A DNA stretch of 35,146 bases from the IMG/VR virus record IMGVR_UViG_2909309443_000004; one strand, given 5' to 3'. This document shows positions 26,769 to 34,038 of this stretch, piece after piece. The stretch comes from a virus. Its lineage: Duplodnaviria; Heunggongvirae; Uroviricota; Caudoviricetes. The position numbers were made by a program, and so were the translations under genes. A model generated the notes under the pieces. It was given only the letters and a program-made list of their open reading frames with translations, did no database searches and was not told where the DNA came from. The stretch's first letter is position 1; the number at the start of each line of letters is the position of its first letter.

Positions 26769-26936
26769 CTATTTGGAGCGAAATGCCGCCTTGAAGTCGC
26801 TAAAAGATGTTCCTGTCTGGTAAACCATATCCTTGTCGCGCTCTTTGCTTGCGCGACCAAGCATAACTTTTCCAATGACATCCCAGCATTGCTTGGCTTG
26901 TTCATTGTGCTGAGTACGATTTTTCAACGCTGTCAT
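26769..26936 (-). CDS. Small basic protein (55 aa), first gene of two-gene operon with 26305..26748
   Basis: Manually translated MTALKNRTQHNEQAKQCWDVIGKVMLGRASKERDKDMVYQTGTSFSDFKAAFRSK; GGAGG 6 nt upstream of ATG; operator palindrome 12 bp upstream. Confidence 0.4.
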   Translation of the reverse strand: MTALKNRTQHNEQAKQCWDVIGKVMLGRASKERDKDMVYQTGTSFSDFKAAFRSK

Positions 26937-26948
26937 ATCGCGCCTCCT

Positions 26949-26963
26949 TTACCTTTAAGGTAA
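26949..26963. promoter_or_regulatory. Operator palindrome TTACCTTTAAGGTAA overlapping promoter of 26936<-operon
   Basis: Perfect TTACC-N5-GGTAA; upstream (minus-strand sense) TTGGCG ... TAATAT hexamers at -35/-10-like spacing. Confidence 0.5.
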
Positions 26964-27029
26964 TATTACGCGAATCTACATCACATCGCCAATGATTATT
27001 TTAAAGGCACATCCCTGTGCCGCCGCCCG

Positions 27030-27749
27030 TCAGAAGAACCCTGCCTTGTCGTTGATGTACTCCGCGTGGGTCTGGATATCACGCAGGCATTTGCTCACAC
27101 CGACGATGTAGCAGAACATGGTGGTCAGTTCCGCCGCCGCGCCCGATACGTCATGCCCGTCTTCCTGTAACTGGTTCAGCAAATTCATCAGCAGTGAGTT
27201 CTCCGTCAGGCCGAGAACACCAGACGGTGAATGAATCAGGCTACGGTAGCCGGGCTTCAGTGGGGCGCTGTAGGTTTTGTTCTCTATCTTCATTGCCTGC
27301 ATCACTGCTGATGCTGTGGCGTTGGCTACCTGGTCGGCAACCATCTTTATGCGTTCTTCTTGCGGGAGCGAGTTTTTAATGTAACTTCCGGTGCGGCGGA
27401 TCTGAGGAAGAACCTCACCTGTAACCCATTTACGAAAGCGGTATGGGATAGTGCCTGGTGTCACCGCATCGCGGCAGCGGAGGATCAGTGTGTAGAGGCC
27501 TGACTCGTTGATAATATTGGTTTCGCCTTGACGGCCTAAGTTAAATTTAGCCCTTTCATCATCATCAAGAGATTTTATTGACATAGTGGGGTTTGTCAGT
27601 TGAAGAGCTTTAATAACGTCTTTGGCAACAAACCAAGGATTAATCGCAAATCCAACTCTCCTCAGAGTTATAACGCTCAAACGCTTTACACATACTTTGT
27701 GTTGGTGCTGGAGGGCGTTCAAGGGCAGCCATGACTTGCTCCCAAACAT
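27030..27749 (-). CDS. Bro-N-like antirepressor-type protein with C-terminal domain paralogous to 28868..29125 product
   Basis: Track ORF 27030..27758; Bro-N-like segment GFAINPWFVAKDVIKAL...SGLYTLILRCRDAVTPGTIPYRFRKWVTGEVLPQIRRTG; C-terminal ~90 aa share clear similarity with ORF 28868..29143. Confidence 0.6.
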   Translation of the reverse strand: MFGSKSWLPLNALQHQHKVCVKRLSVITLRRVGFAINPWFVAKDVIKALQLTNPTMSIKSLDDDERAKFNLGRQGETNIINESGLYTLILRCRDAVTPGTIPYRFRKWVTGEVLPQIRRTGSYIKNSLPQEERIKMVADQVANATASAVMQAMKIENKTYSAPLKPGYRSLIHSPSGVLGLTENSLLMNLLNQLQEDGHDVSGAAAELTTMFCYIVGVSKCLRDIQTHAEYINDKAGFF

Positions 27750-27924
27750 CCTCTTCAACGATCAAGCGGCGATGTTCATTAATAACTGTTTCAGCTCTAA
27801 AAGTCGTAGACTCCATTACAAATTGAGATACGGACACTTTAGAAATAACAGCAGCTTCTTCGATACGGCGCTTCGCAGCTTCGGGCAGACGAAACTCGAA
27901 CCGCTCCTTTCTTACTGCGTTCAT
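27640..27924 (-). CDS. DUF1778-like ribbon-helix-helix protein (TacA-antitoxin-like / Arc-like regulator)
   Basis: Track ORF 27640..27948 (GTG); ATG 27924 lies 5 nt after AGGAG; sequence MNAVRKERFEFRLPEAAKRRIEEAAVISKVSVSQFVMESTTFRAETVINEHRRLIVEEDVWEQVMAALERPPAP fits DUF1778 RHH pattern; no GNAT toxin partner present. Confidence 0.6.
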   Translation of the reverse strand: MNAVRKERFEFRLPEAAKRRIEEAAVISKVSVSQFVMESTTFRAETVINEHRRLIVEEDVWEQVMAALERPPAPTQSMCKAFERYNSEESWICD

Positions 27925-27988
27925 AACAACTCCTGAGCTAATGCTCACAGTGGTTTATACCACATAACGATATGCACGGTACGGGAAT

Positions 27989-28096
27989 TTACCGTACAGG
28001 TAATGATAAGCGCGAAGAAATATTAAAATCAACCTTATTTGGTTGATTGCGTTTAACGCTTGATCACCTGAAAGCAAGATATTACCTTTAAGGTAA
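27989..28096. promoter_or_regulatory. Operator pair TTACCGTACAGGTAA (27989-28003) and TTACCTTTAAGGTAA (28082-28096) in divergent promoter region
   Basis: Two perfect palindromes between divergent RHH/Bro-N operon and membrane zinc-ribbon gene. Confidence 0.5.
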
Positions 28097-28116
28097 TGTT
28101 ATTGTGAGGAAAAGCA

Positions 28117-28845
28117 ATGGAAGTTTTCTGGATAGTTGTTGGTGTGGTTGCGGTGATTATTTACGTTATCAACCAGAACAAGACTAAGATCTCTGATCGT
28201 ACGGTCGTTAATCATAACAAAACGATAAAGACCGAAGATGGGGAGATAACGATTAATCGTACACAGGTGATAGAACACACCTCTACTCAGTTTCAAAAAA
28301 CTGGAGGTAATGCGCCTAATATTTCCGCACCTCCTGCTTATGATAGTGCGGTAATCCAGACATATTATAAACAGCAGGAGTTAGCAAAAGAGAGGCAACT
28401 GATTCAGCCAAAGCCGTTTACAACTGAGATTCCACCTGGAGTGTCAACGCGTCCGGCATATCATGGAAGATTCCCTGGTGATGACATATCGTCTCAGTCA
28501 TCTAAAAAAGCACCTCAGGCAATATCAGAGCCAGCAAGAATACCTTCTGTATCGCCGCAAAAAGAAGAATCAGCTAACAGAGTTTCAAGTGGTAGCAAGC
28601 AGTGCTTGCGATGCAGAATAAACCTTCCATATGAAAAATTCAGGAAATCGTCAAAAAATCCAGATGGATTGACTAAATGGTGTGCAAGGTGTCTCGATGG
28701 CCCAAAGAATACACGCCATATGAAGTGGTGCCCAATTTGTAATGTCCGCAGAAAACGAACCAGCTTTTACCCTAATAATCAAAATGCGGACGGCTTAATG
28801 GCATGGTGCAAAACGTGCTGGGATGAGCACAAAGCGAAACGATAG
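28117..28845 (+). CDS. Membrane-anchored protein with duplicated C-terminal zinc-ribbon motifs, function unknown
   Basis: 242-aa ORF; N-terminal TM helix (FWIVVGVVAVIIYVI), long low-complexity linker, then two repeats CLRCRINLPYEKFRKSSKNPDGLTKWCARC and CPICNVRRKRTSFYPNNQNADGLMAWCKTC. Confidence 0.6.
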   Translation: MEVFWIVVGVVAVIIYVINQNKTKISDRTVVNHNKTIKTEDGEITINRTQVIEHTSTQFQKTGGNAPNISAPPAYDSAVIQTYYKQQELAKERQLIQPKPFTTEIPPGVSTRPAYHGRFPGDDISSQSSKKAPQAISEPARIPSVSPQKEESANRVSSGSKQCLRCRINLPYEKFRKSSKNPDGLTKWCARCLDGPKNTRHMKWCPICNVRRKRTSFYPNNQNADGLMAWCKTCWDEHKAKR

Positions 28846-28867
28846 GCCGCTCTTGCGGCCTTTAAAT

Positions 28868-29125
28868 TTACCGGGTTTGTTTTCGTAATTGTTCGGCACA
28901 ATAGTCGAGATGTGTTTGCAGATCCCGCATAGACATCTGTGAGCTGGTGACGTAGTTAATCAGTGCAGTCAGTTCGGCAAGTGGGCCATCGACATTAAAT
29001 CCATCCTTATCGAGATCCCGGAGTAATTTCATCAAGTGCGATCCCTCCACCAGTGACCTGACGCCTCCCGGCGTGTGAATCCTTTCGGTAAATCCGTCTT
29101 CCAGTGGATAGTGATACCGCTGCAT
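28868..29125 (-). CDS. Small protein paralogous to C-terminal domain of Bro-N-like protein
   Basis: Track ORF 28868..29143 (TTG); ATG at 29125 with GGAG RBS; ..LMKLLRDLDKDGFNVDGPLAELTALINYVTSSQMSMRDLQTHLDY.. aligns with ..LMNLLNQLQEDGHDVSGAAAELTTMFCYIVGVSKCLRDIQTHAEY.. of 27030 gene. Confidence 0.55.
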   Translation of the reverse strand: MQRYHYPLEDGFTERIHTPGGVRSLVEGSHLMKLLRDLDKDGFNVDGPLAELTALINYVTSSQMSMRDLQTHLDYCAEQLRKQTR

Positions 29126-29201
29126 CTTATCTTCTCCATGCAATAACTGTATATTTATACAGTATCAAATAATTTGTTTGCTATCCAGCACGTTTTGCAA
29201 A

Positions 29202-29216
29202 TTACCCGAAAGGTAA
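29202..29216. promoter_or_regulatory. Operator palindrome TTACCCGAAAGGTAA between 29125<- gene and tailspike
   Basis: Perfect TTACC-N5-GGTAA in 195-bp divergent intergenic region. Confidence 0.45.
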
Positions 29217-29320
29217 TATCTATTCATATTCACAGCCTTTCTATCCATATGTGGTTTTTCAGGTAATAGAATAACCAGATATGCGGCGCAACGGGTGCTG
29301 CGACTATCTGGAGATTTAAC

Positions 29321-31921
29321 ATGACGGTCTCAACCGAAGTTGACCACAACGAATACACCGGTAACGGCGTTACGACATCATTTCCGTATACCTTCCGTAT
29401 TTTCAAAAAAACCGACCTGGTTGTTCAGGTGTCTGATCTGAACGGGAACGTAACAGAATTGGTTCTGGATACCGGTTATAAGGTAACTGGAGCGGGCACT
29501 TATAGTGGCGGTGAAGTGGTTCTCCCGTCGCCGCTTGCTGCTGGCTGGCGAATTACGATAGAGCGTGTGCTTGATGTGGTGCAGGAGACTGATCTTCGCA
29601 ATCAGGAAAAATTTTTCCCCGAAGTTCATGAAGATGCATTTGACTACCTGACGATGCTGATCCAGCGATGTTTTGGGTGGTTCAGACGTGCATTGATGAA
29701 ACCCTCGTTGCTTGCAAAATATTACGATGCAAAGCAAAACAGAATATCTAACCTTGCTGATCCATCACTTGAGCAGGACGCTGTAAATAATCGCTCAATG
29801 CGTAATTATGTCGATGCTGCAATCGCCGGGGTTGTTGGTGGTTTTGGTTGGTTTATTCAGTATGGTTCTGGAGCAGTATACCGAACGTTCCAGGATAAGA
29901 TGCGGGATGAAGTAAATATTCGTGATTTTGGAGCAGGAGATTCAGGTGAAGTTACAGATGCTATTTTGAAGGCTGTTGCAGCTACTAATGGCACCATTAT
30001 TATCCCGGATGGAAATTATGTTTCTACTCCAACAGTAACGCAGACTCCGAACGTTATGAAATTGCTTTCACGAGCAGAGTTTAGAGGTTCTTTGACCATC
30101 AATCTTCCTGTTGGAACTGTTAACCTATCAGAAAAGACGCTAATCAGATCACAAAATGTTCATAAACTTTCTATTTCTGGTATTACGTATTCAACTACGC
30201 TAACTGGCTTAGTGGGTGTATCTGGTATCCCCAAATCATACCTAGTTACGCTCTCTCTGGCTGATGCTTCAAACGTTTCTGTAGGCGACGTCGTGATGAT
30301 TCGTCACGATATAACGGGGACAGGAGGATATCACATCCATTGTGGCGGATGGGTTGTGACTGCCGTGTCTGGCAAAAATGTTACCGTAAAAAACACCTGC
30401 CACCTGTCTGAATTACCAACGTCAACGATTACAGGCGGAACAGTAGTCATACTAAAAAGTATTCTGAGATATGCCGGATGTGATGGGATTGTGGCTGCAG
30501 GTGCTGGGTGCATTAAGACAATAAACGGTGTCGCAATTGTTGGTGATTATGACCTTGTGGCCGGCACTGGAACTATTGGTGCGCATGGTTTCTCCCTCAC
30601 TACTCCAGACATTACTGTTGCCATCCCAGACCCATCCAACGTGGTTTTTGATGCGTCAGGATGTATAGCAATTGGGCCTGATCTGGCGATCGTTGGGTTC
30701 GGAGAACAGGGGGTCGTGGCTTCAGAAAGATCTGGTGTGGTTTCAAACTTTATATCTTCATGCTCTAACCGCAAGCGCGGTGTATATTCTGAAGGCGCTC
30801 ATATACGCGGTAAATTTATGCTTTGCTCAGGGAATGGTGAGGATGGGATTATTGCTGATATTGGTGGCGCAATACAGGCTAACGGATCAGTTTGCTCTGG
30901 CAATGGGTTGAATGGGTTCTGGTCTTTTAATCATAGTTTTTTGGGGGCACCAGGGGGGATTGCGTGCGGTAACTATACCAATGGTGGTGAATCACGCGGA
31001 CCAGGTGCATTAAATCTGCAAAATGGGAAGAGCTATTTAAACAGGCTAATTGGTGTAACCGCTTCAAATAGCGGTGCAGTTATTTTCACTAACTCAACTG
31101 CCACACAAAATGGCACGGATGGTCTGGTTGCTGTTTACGATGGCTTAATATCTGCCGCCAATGCCAATTCAACGAGCAACGGTCGCTATGGGGTTAACGT
31201 AACTCACGCAAAAATTGTGCTTAAAGGCTCTGGAGGAGTGACTGGTAACACAACGGGAGATTACATCGATAACGGCGAGGGCACAATAATCAAGCCAGAT
31301 GGTACTATGCTGCCGAGGAATGCTGGCCCGCAAAGCATCCTTTCTATTCGTAACGCCAATCTTTCCGGTGCTGATGTCACGGCATCATCAATAGGCGATC
31401 TCACCGTCTCGCAAAGAAACACATCCTCGGGTGCATTAACCCCCCTGTATGTATTCAAATCTGACGGAACCCAGCATCCAGTCAATGACGCCACGCAGAA
31501 CCTTGGCAGGGCAAGCAATCGCTACAATGTTGGTTTCTTCGCTGGCGGAACACAGTCAACTTCAGATGCCACACTTAAAGACCCTATCCGGGAGTTCAAT
31601 CAGGCCGAACTCAATGCAGCAATGCGCATCTCGAAAATGTTTGGATTCTGGACGTGGCTTGATGATGACAGTAAGCGTTTGCATGCAGGGACTACGGTTC
31701 AAGCAGTGTTAGCTGTTCTGGAAGAGGAAGGTCTAGACTGGCGGAGCTATGGATTTATCTGTTTTGATGAGTGGGATGATGAATATACCCCGGTAACCAT
31801 TGAGGTAGATGGCGAAGTCGTTGAAACTGGCGAACTGCAATTAGTACGTGAGTCTGGTTCTGTATGGCAATTACGCGATCAGGAATTTGACAGATTCGTG
31901 ATGCGTGGACTTTCCGAATGA
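29321..31921 (+). CDS. Tailspike protein: T7 gp17-like N-terminal anchor, central beta-helix-like receptor-binding/depolymerase region, C-terminal intramolecular chaperone (peptidase S74-like)
   Basis: 866-aa ORF; N-terminus MTVSTEVDHNEYTGNGVTTSFPYTFRIFKKTDLVVQV typical of podovirus fibre/spike anchor; Gly/Ser/Asn-rich repetitive middle; C-terminal S-D-A-T-L-K autoproteolysis-like motif followed by conserved chaperone block. Confidence 0.8.
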   Translation: MTVSTEVDHNEYTGNGVTTSFPYTFRIFKKTDLVVQVSDLNGNVTELVLDTGYKVTGAGTYSGGEVVLPSPLAAGWRITIERVLDVVQETDLRNQEKFFPEVHEDAFDYLTMLIQRCFGWFRRALMKPSLLAKYYDAKQNRISNLADPSLEQDAVNNRSMRNYVDAAIAGVVGGFGWFIQYGSGAVYRTFQDKMRDEVNIRDFGAGDSGEVTDAILKAVAATNGTIIIPDGNYVSTPTVTQTPNVMKLLSRAEFRGSLTINLPVGTVNLSEKTLIRSQNVHKLSISGITYSTTLTGLVGVSGIPKSYLVTLSLADASNVSVGDVVMIRHDITGTGGYHIHCGGWVVTAVSGKNVTVKNTCHLSELPTSTITGGTVVILKSILRYAGCDGIVAAGAGCIKTINGVAIVGDYDLVAGTGTIGAHGFSLTTPDITVAIPDPSNVVFDASGCIAIGPDLAIVGFGEQGVVASERSGVVSNFISSCSNRKRGVYSEGAHIRGKFMLCSGNGEDGIIADIGGAIQANGSVCSGNGLNGFWSFNHSFLGAPGGIACGNYTNGGESRGPGALNLQNGKSYLNRLIGVTASNSGAVIFTNSTATQNGTDGLVAVYDGLISAANANSTSNGRYGVNVTHAKIVLKGSGGVTGNTTGDYIDNGEGTIIKPDGTMLPRNAGPQSILSIRNANLSGADVTASSIGDLTVSQRNTSSGALTPLYVFKSDGTQHPVNDATQNLGRASNRYNVGFFAGGTQSTSDATLKDPIREFNQAELNAAMRISKMFGFWTWLDDDSKRLHAGTTVQAVLAVLEEEGLDWRSYGFICFDEWDDEYTPVTIEVDGEVVETGELQLVRESGSVWQLRDQEFDRFVMRGLSE

Positions 31922-32059
31922 TTGAGCTTTATCGAGGATAAATTTGCATCTTAAATTCATGAAATAGATAAAATTAGGTTGAGTAACAATTATCCGTAAA
32001 TGGTTTATTGTGTATGATGAACTCACCAACTAAGGGGGGTTCTTTATGCACATTAAACG

Positions 32060-32473
32060 GTGGTCACTATGTCGCACACGTTAACCACGGGAACGCTGAA
32101 TCAGGGGCTTAGCCTGAGCGCGCTAATGTCTGTGGTCGCTGGCGTGCCGCCTGAAGTGGCTTTAGGGGCGCTCGCTGGTGCGGTAATTTTTGTTACCTCT
32201 GCTGTCGAGTATCCGATCCGCCGCCGGGTTCTCCTGTCGATGCTCAGCTTTCTTTGTGGCCTTCTCTTTTACAAACCAGCAGCATCAATTCTTATCGGCA
32301 TAGCCAGCCTGATACCTACCATCACGCAGGATTCTTTCGAGAAAGGGATTGTTTTCTCTGCTGGCGCATTCGTGTCAGCAATCGTCGCAGTACGAATTGG
32401 CATCTGGCTCTATCACCGTTCCGATAATCCACGCGAGTTAATTCCGGGGAGAAAAGACGATGGTAACGCATGA
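32060..32473 (+). CDS. Holin-like membrane protein
   Basis: 137-aa ORF (GTG 32060 or ATG 32069) with multiple hydrophobic segments, first gene of lysis cassette upstream of endolysin. Confidence 0.55.
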   Translation: MVTMSHTLTTGTLNQGLSLSALMSVVAGVPPEVALGALAGAVIFVTSAVEYPIRRRVLLSMLSFLCGLLFYKPAASILIGIASLIPTITQDSFEKGIVFSAGAFVSAIVAVRIGIWLYHRSDNPRELIPGRKDDGNA

Positions 32474-32768
32474 GTTTTTTTTGCTTATCACCAATGCAGT
32501 TATTTGTACTGGCATAGCAATTCGCGTTGTCACATTCCGGCGTAACGGCTCTCAACATCGAAGATGGGGAGGGTGGCTTGCTTATTTCCTTATTGTTGCT
32601 GCGGCCAGTATTCCTGTTCGTGTCGTCTATGCAATCTGGTTACGCACGCCAATGGCTGTGGATTTATCTGAGGTCATTATCAATGCTGTCATGCTTGCCG
32701 CGGTTATTAAAACACGCGGTAACGTTGTTCAGATTTTCAAAATATCGAGGTCTAAACATGGAGATTAA
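32460..32768 (+). CDS. Second small membrane protein of lysis cassette (possible antiholin/pinholin-like)
   Basis: 102-aa ORF with 3 hydrophobic helices, overlaps holin end and endolysin start. Confidence 0.45.
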   Translation: MVTHEFFLLITNAVICTGIAIRVVTFRRNGSQHRRWGGWLAYFLIVAAASIPVRVVYAIWLRTPMAVDLSEVIINAVMLAAVIKTRGNVVQIFKISRSKHGD

Positions 32769-33387
32769 ACAATTCCAGCGAGCTGCTGGTATTAGCGAGG
32801 CGCTGGCCGCACGCTGGTTCTCGCATATAACTTCTGCGATGAAAGAGTTTGGTATCAGCAAACCAGAAGATCTGGCAATGTTTATTGCTCAGGTCGGGCA
32901 TGAGTCTGGAGGCTTCACCCGGTTGCAGGAAAATTTCAACTACAGCGTCAGCGGACTGGCTAATTTCGTTCGGGCTGGGCGTCTCACTCAGGGACAGGCC
33001 AACGCATTGGGGCGTCGTGCTGGTGAACCACCATTGCCACTTGAGCGCCAGAGAGCGATCGCCAATCTGGTGTACAGCAAACGCATGGGTAACAATGCCC
33101 CAGGCGATGGATGGAATTACCGTGGGCGCGGACTTATCCAGATTACCGGTTTGAATAACTATCGTGACTGCGGAAACGGCCTGAAAGTGGACCTGCTGGA
33201 GAGTCCTGAACTGCTGGCGCAGGACGAATACGCGGCTCGTAGCGCGGCGTGGTTTTTTGCCAGCAAAGGCTGCATGAAGTATACCGGCGATATTGCACGT
33301 GTAACTCTGATTATCAATGGTGGCCGGAACGGCATTGATGACCGGCGCGCGCGATACATCACTGCCAGTAAGGTGCTGGCGGTATGA
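32758..33387 (+). CDS. Endolysin, glycoside hydrolase family 19 (chitinase-like lysozyme)
   Basis: Track ORF 32527..33387; ATG at 32758; motifs [33 protein letters not shown] typical of GH19 phage endolysins. Confidence 0.85.
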   Translation: MEIKQFQRAAGISEALAARWFSHITSAMKEFGISKPEDLAMFIAQVGHESGGFTRLQENFNYSVSGLANFVRAGRLTQGQANALGRRAGEPPLPLERQRAIANLVYSKRMGNNAPGDGWNYRGRGLIQITGLNNYRDCGNGLKVDLLESPELLAQDEYAARSAAWFFASKGCMKYTGDIARVTLIINGGRNGIDDRRARYITASKVLAV

Positions 33388-33881
33388 TCTGGGCATTCGC
33401 AAAAGCATACTGGAAACAGTTGGTTATCATGGCGATGCTTGCTGTTCTGGTCATATCAGGAGTTGTAGCCTGGAATGCACACGGCAGTCGTCAGTACGAC
33501 GCCGGGTATGCGCAGGCACAGGAAGATCAGAAGCAGGCTGATGATAAGGCCAGGTCACAACGTGATCAGGAGAAAACACAAATTGAACGTGAAGCACAAT
33601 CCCGTATCGATGTGGCGCGTGTTGATGCTGAGCATGCTAATGCCGCTGCTGACAGCCTGCGCGCCGAGCTTGACAAAACCAAGCGACTCGCCGAACACTA
33701 TACCGGATCTTTCCCCACTGGCACGCCAGCCAGCAAGGTCATCGGTGTGCTCGCCGACATGCTTGAAGAAAGCAATCGAGTTTACAACGCAACAGCAGCT
33801 GAGGCTGAAAAGTATCGGATTGCAGGAGAATCCTGCGAACAGCAATACGATTCACTGAGGAAGCAAAAATCGTGGCACTGA
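33384..33881 (+). CDS. Rz-like i-spanin
   Basis: 165-aa ORF, N-terminal TM helix ([18 protein letters not shown]) then coiled-coil periplasmic domain; ATG overlaps endolysin stop. Confidence 0.7.
   Translation: MIWAFAKAYWKQLVIMAMLAVLVISGVVAWNAHGSRQYDAGYAQAQEDQKQADDKARSQRDQEKTQIEREAQSRIDVARVDAEHANAAADSLRAELDKTKRLAEHYTGSFPTGTPASKVIGVLADMLEESNRVYNATAAEAEKYRIAGESCEQQYDSLRKQKSWH
33610..33858 (+). CDS. Rz1-like o-spanin lipoprotein embedded in +1 frame of Rz
   Basis: Embedded ORF with signal peptide and lipobox ([12 protein letters not shown]) followed by Pro-rich segment; wholly inside Rz gene. Confidence 0.5.
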   Translation: MWRVLMLSMLMPLLTACAPSLTKPSDSPNTIPDLSPLARQPARSSVCSPTCLKKAIEFTTQQQLRLKSIGLQENPANSNTIH

Positions 33882-34007
33882 TTTCCGGTGACGGTATATA
33901 AAACGGTACGGTGAAAATCAGGTTGCAGAAAGTTGTTATCAGTCAATTGGTTATGGTATCCGTAAATAATTGAGTGGGAATGATTTGACCCTGCACTATG
34001 AATGAAC

Positions 34008-34038
34008 AAAACCCTCTGTTACTACAGAGGGTTTTTTA
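34008..34038. terminator. Bidirectional rho-independent terminator
   Basis: Hairpin CCCTCTG-ttacta-CAGAGGG flanked by A-run upstream and T-run downstream; lies between convergent lysis operon and 34076<- gene. Confidence 0.55.

Noticed and set aside
32752-33408. 218-aa minus-strand ORF opposite the endolysin gene
   Set aside because: Endolysin identity on the plus strand is strong (GH19 motifs); the antisense ORF has no supporting features
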